Part shown: positions 24,111 through 34,432 of the stretch, piece by piece
Numbering within the stretch: the first letter of the stretch is position 1
Layout: every line of letters starts with the position of its first letter
Origin: Jimgerdemannia flammicorona
Taxonomy: Eukaryota
Length of the DNA: 38,793 nucleotides
Assembly (NCBI GenBank): GCA_003990765.1
Contig: RBNJ01000155.1
Coordinates: 1 to 38,793 of the forward strand
Reading direction: 5' to 3'
Program-made: the position numbers and the translations under genes
The notes under the pieces: model-generated
Told to the model about the DNA's origin: nothing
What the model saw: only the letters and a program-made list of their open reading frames with translations
The model's database searches: none

Positions 24111-24879
24111 ACCAGAGTAACTGCCAACTCACCAGGAAACTCATGAATGACCGCCCTTTTGACATATGAAAGGCCAGTCACGTGACCAACAACTTGAGAC
24201 ACGCGAACTCCAACTTGACGCAAATAGGAACAAATCGAACAGCAGATAAAGTGAACATTGAGCCAGAAGTATTGTTGGGAAACAAATAGAATATAGTATA
24301 GACAATTCAGTAGCACATTGAGCCATGCACATCAGCAAACCTGACATACAAATCGCACACCATACTATATACTAGTAATGGAAATATATACTAATAATCA
24401 TGGGACATTTCATAATGAAAAAGAAGCAGAAAAACAATGCATTGCATATCTCTCTCTCTCTTCAAGCATTACATTGCATTGTTGTTTTATTTCTCTCCTC
24501 TACATCTGAATTTTCTATTACCTAGACCTATCTATATTCTTTATTTTTACTATAGTTTCTTATATTTTAAGCATGGGGAGATAGCATTCTTTTAGCACAT
24601 TTGCAGTAATTCTAATGTTATCACTTGGTTTCACTGCATTCTTACATTCCTGCTTACATTTCATTTTAATTTTTTTTTTCTTGCATATTATCTCGTTGAG
24701 CGGGAGTGTTGAAATTATTACATCTCGATAAGTGGCTTAGACACGTGATTCCTAGAATACGTCATCTTTTTAGCTACGCGTAAAACGCGAGCAATTCGGA
24801 TCAATTAACATTCGCTCTTCTCTGTTATCCACTCCATTATTCACAACAGGATCCCCAATTTTAGTAGTCCAGGAGGTGA

Positions 24880-24922
24880 ATTATTATTTTTATTTATTTT
24901 ATTTTATTTTATTTTATTTTTT
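24880..24922. repeat. (TTTTA)n microsatellite
   Basis: Direct inspection. Confidence 0.85.
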
Positions 24923-25508
24923 GGTAAGTAGGATGGGGACAGTATGGTCGAATATTACACAACGTGTATGTGGTTGCATTACGGGGATGGCGCCCAAAAA
25001 ATTTGATTCCCACAACCGTGCGCCAGGGGGTCAAAACTGGTATTGATAAGCTGGCGTCTTCCATATACATTTCAGTGTCGTTGGTAACGGGGCACTCTAA
25101 AGCACGCCGACCAGCGCCTAAGGGCGGGCACGGCTTTGTGGTCGGTCCGGGCGCTTAACAAATTCGGACCGGGAAAAGCCTGGCCTTCGGGCCTCCTTCT
25201 TTCGCTTCCTGAGATATATATGTTTTTCGCAGTTTTGCGGTAGCGTATATACAACATAGTGAGTTCTTTTTAATAAAGTTAAAAGGAGCCAAGTACCCAG
25301 GGTCACGTGTGTCGTTGTATGCCACGTTCTCGAGCTCTATACCCTTGCACCTTACATCGTCTGCACGGAATGGAAGCCCTTTGAAACCCCCTCCTACCTT
25401 CCTTCCACCAGAACCACACAACGCCACCGCCACATTTGACACCTCCACCCCCCCCCATGGAACCATAGCAGGACCGCCCCGCCGACGAATCCGATTTGAA
25501 ACGCCACT

Positions 25509-26231
25509 ATGCCGACTGCCACCGGCTTGACTATCATTATAGCGAACCTGCGAGACATTGTCAAGGACCTGCAGAGGAGGATCGTGACGATGGAGGCCCT
25601 GGCGGACGGTCATGGGATGGACGCGCGACTGTTGTGGACCCTGGAGGTGAGCTCGATTGCATTGGTTAGAGGGAAAGGTTTATGTGTTTGAGTGGGCATA
25701 CGTTGCAAAATCTCCCTCTCATTTCGTATCAGTTATATTGCACTTGCTCACTCATGATCGTTACCGCCATACTTTTCCCTCCTTCCCAGGAATACAACCT
25801 GAACACCAACGCCCAATTTACCGCACCATCAAACGTACCATTTTCGACCTCTGGAACACGCCGCGAGCTCTCACTTCCCACCTGGAAGTGTGCCACGCTA
25901 ATCAACATGAGGGCAGCAGCGATGCCGACTTTCGGTCCACTTCTTTTTCGACATGCTTAGCTTCGAAGACACTATTCCGACATCAGCAACTCGATTATTG
26001 ACCGGATCTCCGCTGTCAGCTAGACAGGTATCCAAATTTCTCTCGCTATCCTCTTCCAGTCGCTCTGCAGCGCCCGGGGGTCTCGATCGCGAGCTTTCGG
26101 GACACATAATCCCCCGATTCCAGGGCCACATTGGAGGCCGGGTCGCCGAAGACTTGTATATCGACCTGTTTACCCCATCGGGGACGCACTTCCTGACCGA
26201 TACCATGCCGGAGGGTGATGCCTTTGCATAG
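25509..26231 (+). CDS. Hypothetical spliced gene or pseudogene (possible exons 25509-25646, 25790-25834, 25917-26231; ~165 aa)
   Basis: Strong donor GAG|GTGAGC at 25647 and pyrimidine-rich acceptor CCTTCCCAG at 25789. The second intron has a weak donor (GTACCA) but a GCTAAT branch site and CAG acceptor. Exon phases join in frame; CpG is retained. Confidence 0.35.
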
Positions 26232-26922
26232 GAAGGGAGTAAGGATGTTCCTGGGGGGGGGGGGGGGGATGTAAAGCAAATGGCAAGGTTAGGGGTCCAG
26301 GGCAGGGGTGGAGGATGAGCGGAGGGAGGATGAAATGGGCGTGATTTGGGAAAAGAAGAGAAGACGAGACGGTGTGGCAAGGGCGCACAGAGATGGGTAA
26401 CTAGGACGGAGGTCGTTGGAAAGCCGAACGGAGGCGGCGGGTATCGGGGTTAGGAGGTGTTTAGGCATTCGAAATCGGGCTATGACGTGGTTAATGGTGA
26501 GTATTATTTACGGGTTTATTGATACTATGCCGAGAGATTGGAAGGAAATATTCAAGAGTGCAGCGGGGTTGGCGTTGTCCATTTATTCCTTGAGTCTGAT
26601 GGGTTGATTTCTGAAATGTCATCATTTCGCTCACATTTTCTCTCATCTTTTGATCCCACCCCTCTCCAAATACTATCACAATCGCAAAGAATACAAGGAC
26701 GTCGGGGATTGATTGTGAGGACTATTTTTTTTTTTCTCCTTTTTTTTTTTTTTGTTGTATTTGTGGTCCTTTCACACTGGCGATTAACCTCCTGCCACTC
26801 CATTCGATTCAAAACTTCCTTAACCAACCCATCGCCCCTCCTCAACTATCCACCCCAGGGCGTAACCTCCTCCTGCGTGGGAGACACCCAACGTTCTTCA
26901 ACACGCTAGCTCATAGCGCTAC

Positions 26923-27348
26923 ATGGAAGAGAAGAGCATTGACCAGCTCGGTCATCACGAAGTCAATTACTCAGCGCGGTCGACGTGTACCGGGCCATCT
27001 TCGCCGCGGGACTAATCGGAGAAGGACGAAGGTGAGGTCGAGTTTGTGGATCCGTTCGCGTCGGAGGAACGGCAAGTACTTTGAGACGGACCAGGACTCG
27101 CAACGCTACTGGCAGGTCTGAGATCGTCATGCGTCGGGCTGACCGGTTTGTCACTCTATCACACCATGGATCTTTATGACAAGATGTTCAAGGAAGAAGC
27201 AGAGGGCGAGCAGAGACTGTATGATGTCAACTCTCGTGATCGTGGACTGACCTTGCTTAAGCTCCGCACTTTTCTGGTACAACTACATCATGAGAATTTT
27301 TGGAACTCTCACCTGTATCTGAGATATCTAGGAACATCTGATATCTAG
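26923..27348 (+). pseudogene. Fragmentary coding-like sequence of unknown identity
   Basis: GC-balanced, protein-like segments in different frames (VDVYRAIFAAGLIGEG; GKYFETDQDSQRYW; MDLYDKMFKEEAEG), grading into AT-rich DNA. Confidence 0.25.
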
Positions 27349-27493
27349 TAAAAATTACAATATGCACCAATCTCTAAGTATTCTGTTTCAATTTTTAATT
27401 CAAATTTGAGTAATATATAAAATTCAAATAGATATAAGAGAATTAGAAAGTCTTAATAGTAAAATATGTATAATAGTAAAATATCTTTTATGT

Positions 27494-27497
<4 letters not shown>

Positions 27498-27532
<35 letters not shown>

Positions 27533-27576
27533 ATAAAATAAAAAAAAAAAAAAAAAAAAAATATTTTTTTTTTATT

Positions 27577-27600
<24 letters not shown>
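27498..27600. repeat. Long poly(A)/poly(T) homopolymer cluster
   Basis: Several A runs of 20 nt or more and a T run. Confidence 0.9.
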
Positions 27601-27607
<7 letters not shown>

Positions 27608-27779
27608 CTTCTAAAATTTAAAGAATAGTATTAATATTATTAATATTAATATTAATATTATTATTATTATTATTAAGCTATAATATTTATTTGAATATTA
27701 GTATCTTATTGATTAATAATCTTAAAATACTACATATAAGTCAGATAATACTTCAGTTCTTTTTACTTAATAGTAAAGT

Positions 27780-28133
27780 TAGTACTCCCAAATGAATTAA
27801 ATCAATTCAAATCAAATCAAATTGGGGATCATTTGAATTAAATTGAATTGGGGATTTTTCAAGTTTCAATTGAATTAAGAGTCCAATTTGAACACTATTT
27901 TTAGAAATATAATAATTCAATGAAATTATATCCAAATTTAATAATCTTTAGCTTATTAGATTCCTCTTATATGGAGGAATCTAACAGGCTAAAGATTATT
28001 GAATTTAGATGTATTTTCATTGAGTTATTATATTTCAAAAAATAGAGTTTGAATTAAATCTAGACCTTTGATTTAATTAAATCAAATTAAATTTAGATCA
28101 AATTTGATTCAATTCAATTCTTTGAGAGTACTA
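27780..28133. mobile_element. Foldback MITE 1, hAT-type (decayed)
   Basis: Ends TAGTACTC...GAGTACTA; perfect 8-bp TSD AGTAAAGT (27772-27779 and 28134-28141); palindromic about ~27970. Confidence 0.85.
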
Positions 28134-29013
28134 AGTAAAGTATATTCAATTTTGAATTTTTTAAGTTTCTTAAATTTATTAAGGAGTTTTTTTAATTATA
28201 TAGTAATTTAGTTATTAAAGAGTATTTTTTTTATTTAATAATATTAAAATAATAACTACATTATTAAAAAACAAAAATTAATTTTAAAGATCTATTATAA
28301 TATATTATCTTTTTAAAGTTAGATTATATATTTTCATAAATATATCTAATATATATATCTGATAATTTTTTGAAAGTAAACTTTTATTATTATTTATTTT
28401 ATTCTATATAATTAACTCTTTTATTAATAACTTATTTATTTAAAAATAATTATTATTAGTATTTTAATTATCTCTATTACTTTTAGAATTACTATTATTC
28501 TCAAATAGTTATTTCAAATAAAGAAATAAGATCTATAATTATTTATATATATAGAAATTATAATTATTAGCTTATTATATAAATTTTTTAGTAGTTAACT
28601 ATATAAAGTTTCTAATAGTAATTTATTAATTTTATTAATACTATAAATTTATATTATAAATTATAAACTTAGAAACTTTCAATATATATTATAAAATTAG
28701 CTTATAGTTAAAAGATCTTTAGATAATATAAATATTTTAAATATATTTAGATATAATTTATGGATATATAAGTAAAGAATAAATTATTAAATGAAATGTT
28801 TTATTTATAGATTAATATTAATAATTAAAGTATTTTAAAATATCTTATTTAAATAAATTTAATTAATAGGGAGATTTTAATATTATTAATAGTATTAATA
28901 TAAAATCTTTTTTATAATAATAAGTAAACTTTAGTAATTATTAGAAATTTTAATAGATCTTATATATATAATATATTTTATTATTTATTAAAATAGTAAC
29001 TCAATATAAATAT

Positions 29014-29367
29014 TGTAACGTAGTGGACGCGGAATTTAGTAAGTTGGATGGATTTTGGAATTGGACTGGTTTGATCTGACTCGTTCTGACTGAGGTTTAT
29101 TCACTTTAAAATACTGAGTTATTTATACAGATTTGTGCGCTAATTCTGCTACTAAATATGTGGCTAAGTATTAAGTCTTTTCATGTGAAATTCTCAGGTA
29201 GAATCTCATGTGAAATCCTATCTGAAATTCGTGAAAGTAACAAGAGTTTCACTGATAATGTTTTAGATGCAGTGTCTGCAGTAAAAGACTATACTAAATT
29301 GGAAATTGGATTCAGGTACTACGATCAAATGTCTATTTCCTGTTTCTATTTCATACTATACGTCACA
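29014..29367 (-). mobile_element. Solo LTR related to the gypsy A LTR (354 bp, CpG retained)
   Basis: TGTAACGTAGTGGAC...CGTCACA with TSD ATAT on both sides; shares blocks GAGGTTTATT, ATGTGGCTAAGT, CTATACTAAATTGG and GATCAA.TGTCTATT with the A LTR. Confidence 0.88.
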
Positions 29368-29486
29368 ATATATAACTTTATTTCACATATCATTTTATCA
29401 CTTTTACATATATATTATATATTAAATATATAATTTATATATTTTGAATAAATTACTTCTTCTGTTTATTACAATAAAGTTATAAG

Positions 29487-29868
29487 TAGTATTCTCAAAA
29501 AATCAAATAAAAGGTCCAATTTAATTTAATTTGAATCGGATCAAAGATTAATTTAATTTAAAATTTAATTCAAACTCTATTTTTTAAAATATTATCTTGA
29601 CAAATATATATCCAAATTTAATAATCTTTGGCTTGATAGATTATCCTATATAGAATGAATCTAATAAGCTAAATATCATTGAATATAGATATATTTTCAT
29701 TGAGTTATTATATTTCTAAAATTAGATTTGAATTATTAGACTCTTAATTCAATTTAAACTTAATTTGATTCAAATTTTATTTGAATTGAAAAATCCCCAA
29801 TTTGATTTTATTTGAATGATCCTCAATTTGATATAATTTGAATTGATTCAATTTATTTGAGAGCACTA
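29487..29868. mobile_element. Foldback MITE 2, same family as MITE 1, opposite orientation
   Basis: Ends TAGTATTC...GAGCACTA; degenerate 8-bp TSD GTTATAAG/GTAATGAG; internal similarity to the reverse complement of 27780-28133. Confidence 0.8.
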
Positions 29869-30062
29869 GTAATGAGCTCTGATTAGTAGCTAGAAACTTC
29901 TCAAATAATATATACATACTATACTATAAAGTATAGTTTAAGTGCTCATGAATGAATATAGTTATTATCAGTCTAGATATAGTAAAGATGTCTGCTAAGA
30001 TAGTGATATTAAAGTTCTCTCTAATAGCAGAAGGTGATCATAATATAAAATATCTATCTAGG

Positions 30063-32752
30063 TATTAGAGGTGAAGTTTTCTCTAGTAATAGAGATAACT
30101 ATAAATATTAGAATAGCAACTCAATATACCAGTATGTGATCTTATGCCATTCTATCAGATTTATATTATTTATCAGTAAAGTATAAAATATATGACCTAT
30201 ACAACTTTAATAAAAATGCTCCTCTCTTTATAATAAAGATTATGAGCCCTACTAGTGGTAAGTAGTTATAGTAAAACACTTCTTTAAAATACACTATACT
30301 AGGAATGTCTAACAATCAGCCTAGCAATGTGAGCATAGAAATAGATATGCCAATTACAAGTATTCCACTAACCACAGGTGTAACCTCAATAAGTAGTGCT
30401 CCTAACGAGTCAATTTAATCCGGATTGGATTCGGATTGATTCGGATTGAATCCCATCCGGATCAACTCAGATGGGATTCGAATCCCATCCGGATGGATTC
30501 GAATCGGACTCGAATCGGATTCGAATCAACCATTGTTTTGATTTCCAAATTAGACAATTAAATGTTTACATCAATAACTTGATGAATAATCATCCAAATT
30601 TGATGATCTTGGTGTCATTTGAAAGCCCGTAATAAGGCCTATCTAATGATACCAAGAACATTGAAATCGGATCACGCGTTGCTGAGTTATGAAGGAAAAC
30701 ATTGAATCGCCGATTTTGGAAATTCTTTGATTTGCCGATTTTGGAAATTTCGTCAAATGGAACGTTTTCCTTAATATCTCGGCAACATGTAATCTGATTT
30801 TAATGTTCTTGGTATCATTAGAAAGGCCTTATTAAGGGCTTTCAAATGACACCAAGATCATCAAATTTGGATGATTATTCATCAAGTTATTGATGTAAAC
30901 ATTTAATTGTCTAATTTGGAAATCAAAACAATGGTTGATTCGAATCCGATTCGAATCCGATTCGAATCCATCTGGATGGGATTCGAATCCCATCCAAATC
31001 CATCCGAATCCCATCCGGATTGACTCGTTCCGAGCACTATCAATAAGTATAGGAAATATAGTTCTGATTATTAGTGTAAATATAGCCAAAAGGTCTATCC
31101 TGATCTTTAATAAGAGAGACTATATTATTTAGATATTTCATATTACAAATCTTCTTAATGAATACAGCTTAGTGGAGTATATAAAACCATAAGTGCTAAT
31201 TAAAATTGTAATTTTACAAATAATTATCAAGTATTATGTAAGATCACATTTATGTTATTGAACTTATAAATGAAGCTTATAATGTATACTATGACAGCTC
31301 ACAATATATGAGAGATTACATTTACTTATCATATATAAGCATCTATATCCAATTGTTTCTACTTGAAATTTCAATTATTCAATATATGAATGAAGTCCAA
31401 GGAGTGTATCTACAATTATGTTAGTTGTATCAATAATTTGGTAAATTGAGTGAATTCTCTCAGTATATCTGCAGATTACATTAAGAATAAAGACAAAATT
31501 ATAGTACTCATAAGAGGACTTCTGGATGTGCATAATGTTATCATTACAACTATGCATGAGAACAGCAGTCTCTTGGATTATGCTCATATGATAACAAGCC
31601 TCATGAATGAGAAAATACATCAAAGAAATAGTGCCAACAATAATGAAAACACCTTCTATAGGTCCTGCAGACATGGTGCTAAATAAGGAAATTACAGACA
31701 ATATGGCCAAAGGAGATAAACCCAAACCCAAGCTCAATAATACAACAACTAGTCTACTAATTAATAAACCAAGTATGATGGCTACTGTGAATACTGTGGT
31801 AAGTATAAATATAGGAAATACTATTATTATAGCTGGCAAAATGACAAGGAGAGCAGTGAAAATAAACAATAATGTAGAAAAAGCCAATATTGGCAATATG
31901 AGAACAGCAGAAAGAACTATAGAAGAAAGTGTAGTAATACAAACACTGCTGAAACTAATGAAAGCAGTAATCTATTTTTTGTGCAAGCCACTAGCTCTAC
32001 TGTCAATTCTGCTAGCATGAGATCTATATCTATAACAAGTAGTTCCACTAGTACAAGATCTACTATATCTATGAAACCTGGTCAGAAGGATGATAATTTT
32101 AGACCAAAAAGTTCTACTAATTTTACCAGTTGCTAGTGTAAGATCTACTGCCAAATTCACTAACCCATCATCTATGAATCTAAGTTAGCAAAATACTTTT
32201 GAGTCAATGAAAAGTAATAATGATGAATATACCACTAATATAGCTAATGACAATAATATCTAGCTAATAGAATCTGGAGTTATATAATATATAATACTAT
32301 ATAGAGAATAGTTCTCTATATATGAGCCTTTTGAATACCCTATACCTATCAAGTTAGGAGATAATAATATCATCTATACTCAAGAAAAGGGAAATATAGA
32401 GATATATCTCTATAGAAATATTATTGAGTCTACTATCAATCTTGAGAACATACTATATACTTCAGAGATAGAAAAGAACCTCTTCTCTATAGGCAAAATG
32501 ATAGCTCATGGTAATAAAGAAATATACATATATGTGAAGAGTATCACTATATATGATTTGTATAATAATATGATAGCTTTAAAATATAGAAATCTTTATA
32601 TAATCAATGAGATACCAAATAGTATAAAAGTCTCTACTTATGCAATAACTATATCTGATACATCCAACATATGACATCAATACTTAGGACATATCAGCAA
32701 GACAAGTCTTGAATATATATATAATAAGAAGTGGCTTAATGAAAGGATTGCC
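30063..32752 (+). mobile_element. Decayed Ty1/copia element (5' LTR, PBS, gag, protease, GAG-pre-integrase), cut off by a LINE
   Basis: PBS GATTATGAGCCC (30238-30249); gag from ~30305 homologous to copia-1; protease WLIESG...WFSTYE (~32260-32330); NLFSIGKM; WHQ.LGHISK (~32670-32700); MKGLP. LTR start is approximate. Confidence 0.8.
30394..31039. mobile_element. Young foldback MITE 3, hAT-type (646 bp), inserted in copia gag
   Basis: TIR TAGTGCTC...GAGCACTA; perfect 8-bp TSD TCAATAAG (30386-30393 and 31040-31047); ~300-bp inverted arms with GGATTCG-like subterminal repeats; CpGs intact. Confidence 0.93.
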
Positions 32753-34343
32753 AGCGACAACTTTCTCCTGTACAATTCGCATTATACAAAAACTTCAAGC
32801 AATGGTTTTCAACACAACTAAGAGAAAGGGTACTATCAAGATGTCATTGAGCAAGAGTTCTGACGAGTATACTGGGTCAGGGGGAGCTGGGGCTTTTGGC
32901 TGGCAGAAGGTAGAGAGGGGGTATGGCCTGGGGATGGGGGCCTTTGGAGGGTCAAAGGTGGGAGAAAGCACTGGAGGTGGACCGGTGTCTGGGGGATCTG
33001 GAGGAAGGTCTGGTCCCTCCAGCTTTGTCAACAAGGTGAAGGTGGGTGGATGGCCTACTGGAACGAGGGTTGGCACTACTGAGGGGAAGGGCAAGGCTAG
33101 TGTCAGGAGGGGGAGTGGCCCTCAGGGGGGAGTGGTGAGCATAGGGGCTGGTGGTGCTGTGGCTGGGGGTGTGACTGTTGATGGGAGTGTGACGGGGAAT
33201 CAGGAAAAAAAAAGAGATATGACAGCTGATAGCAGGGTGGGGCAGGGGTTCCCGATGCAGAAGGGGGACCTGGCTGATGGTGTTATAAGGCTGGCGGTGG
33301 CACCATTACTCAAGAAGTCGATCTCGGAGTTTGTGGTGACTCTGTGCTTCTGAGGCTTAGGGGTGACGGCGAGGATGGTCTTGGGGCTTATCTCGAAGCA
33401 GGTGGCTGGGGCAGCTTCGGTGAAATTCCTGAAGGGTCTGGAGGGAGTTGAGGTGGGCTTTGAGGAGGTGGGCCCACTGGAAGAGGCGCTGAGGGTGGGA
33501 GTGGCAGTTGGAGAGGTAGTGGTCCCCATGATATACTGTTTGAGATGGGACCCCAGGGTGATGCAGCTGCTGGTGAAGGGGGTGCCCACAGTGACGAAGG
33601 AGGAGACAAGGAGGAGGGTAGAGGAGGTGATGGCAGAGTATGGGGATGTGGTGGATATTGGCTTCCAGGTGTGGGAGGGGACGACAATCAGGACTGACAA
33701 TATTGATGTCAAGATTCGGCTGGCAGGGAGAGAGGCCACAGGGAAGGCTGGTGACTGGCCCTTAGTATTGATGTGGGGGGCCTTTATTTGTAAGATGTCA
33801 AAGGTGAAGGGGAGTGAGAAGGAGGAGGAGGATTTGTTGGAGGCATTGGAGGAGATGAGTGGTGCGGTGGAATGGCGGGCAAAGGCCTGGAAGCTCTATG
33901 AGGAGTTGACGCACTTGGAGATTGTGGAGGAGAAGCATATCTGCACTGACAAGAGGCAGTGGGAGCGGGCCTAGGAGTGCTTGAGGCAGAGGGAGCTCTT
34001 GGCAAGTATGGCAGGAGGGGAGAAGAGGAAGGTTGATGGGGCTGAAGGGTCTGGAGGCGTCAAAGCCAGTATATGGGCTAGCGAAGGCGGAAAGGAGGTG
34101 GTGGTGCCAGAAGAATGGGCTGCGAAGGTCCTGGGCAGGGATCCCTATGCAGATGGTACTTTCGAGGTCTGGGAGGAGAAGTTGGATAGTACCCCCCCCC
34201 CCACTTATCAGGAGGGACCCAGTGGGGCGGAGAGGGGCAGCGGAAGATATACCAATGAAGGGGGCCCAGCGGGTTACCTTTGGGGTCCCAGATGTGGTGA
34301 AAGGGGGCCAGGTAGTGGCTGTTGGTGAGGACGAGCTGGTGGC
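32753..34343 (+). mobile_element. L1/Tx1-like LINE a: 5' UTR and 5' part of ORF1 (ATG 32841), disrupted and interrupted by LINE b
   Basis: Track ORFs 32709, 33363, 33981 and 34033 align with ORF1 of LINE b (LAVAPLLKKSIS, KFLKGLEGVEVGFEEV, WDPRV.QLLVKGVP). The 5' UTR resembles 34344-34432. Confidence 0.85.
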
Positions 34344-34432
34344 AAAATACCACCTTTCTCTGGTAACTTTCAGATTACACAACCCTTTGGCAACACTTTT
34401 GATGCAGTTTCTGGAGAAAAGCTACTAGTATC

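Noticed and set aside
24985..26300. Telomerase RNA or RNase P/MRP RNA (CCCTAACC at ~26287 minus; ACAAATTCGGACC at ~25158)
   Set aside because: Only short isolated matches; the required partner elements (pseudoknot, CR-I pairing) were not found.
27498..27600. Poly(A) runs as a retroposon tail
   Set aside because: No identifiable upstream element or TSD; may be simple-sequence expansion or homopolymer error.
27780..29868. One large composite transposon bounded by MITE 1 and MITE 2
   Set aside because: Each MITE has its own distinct 8-bp TSD and the outer flanks do not match.
31375..31896. Hydrophobic 173-aa minus-strand ORF resembling a membrane protein
   Set aside because: Antisense to A-rich decayed copia gag; the hydrophobicity follows from T-rich codons.
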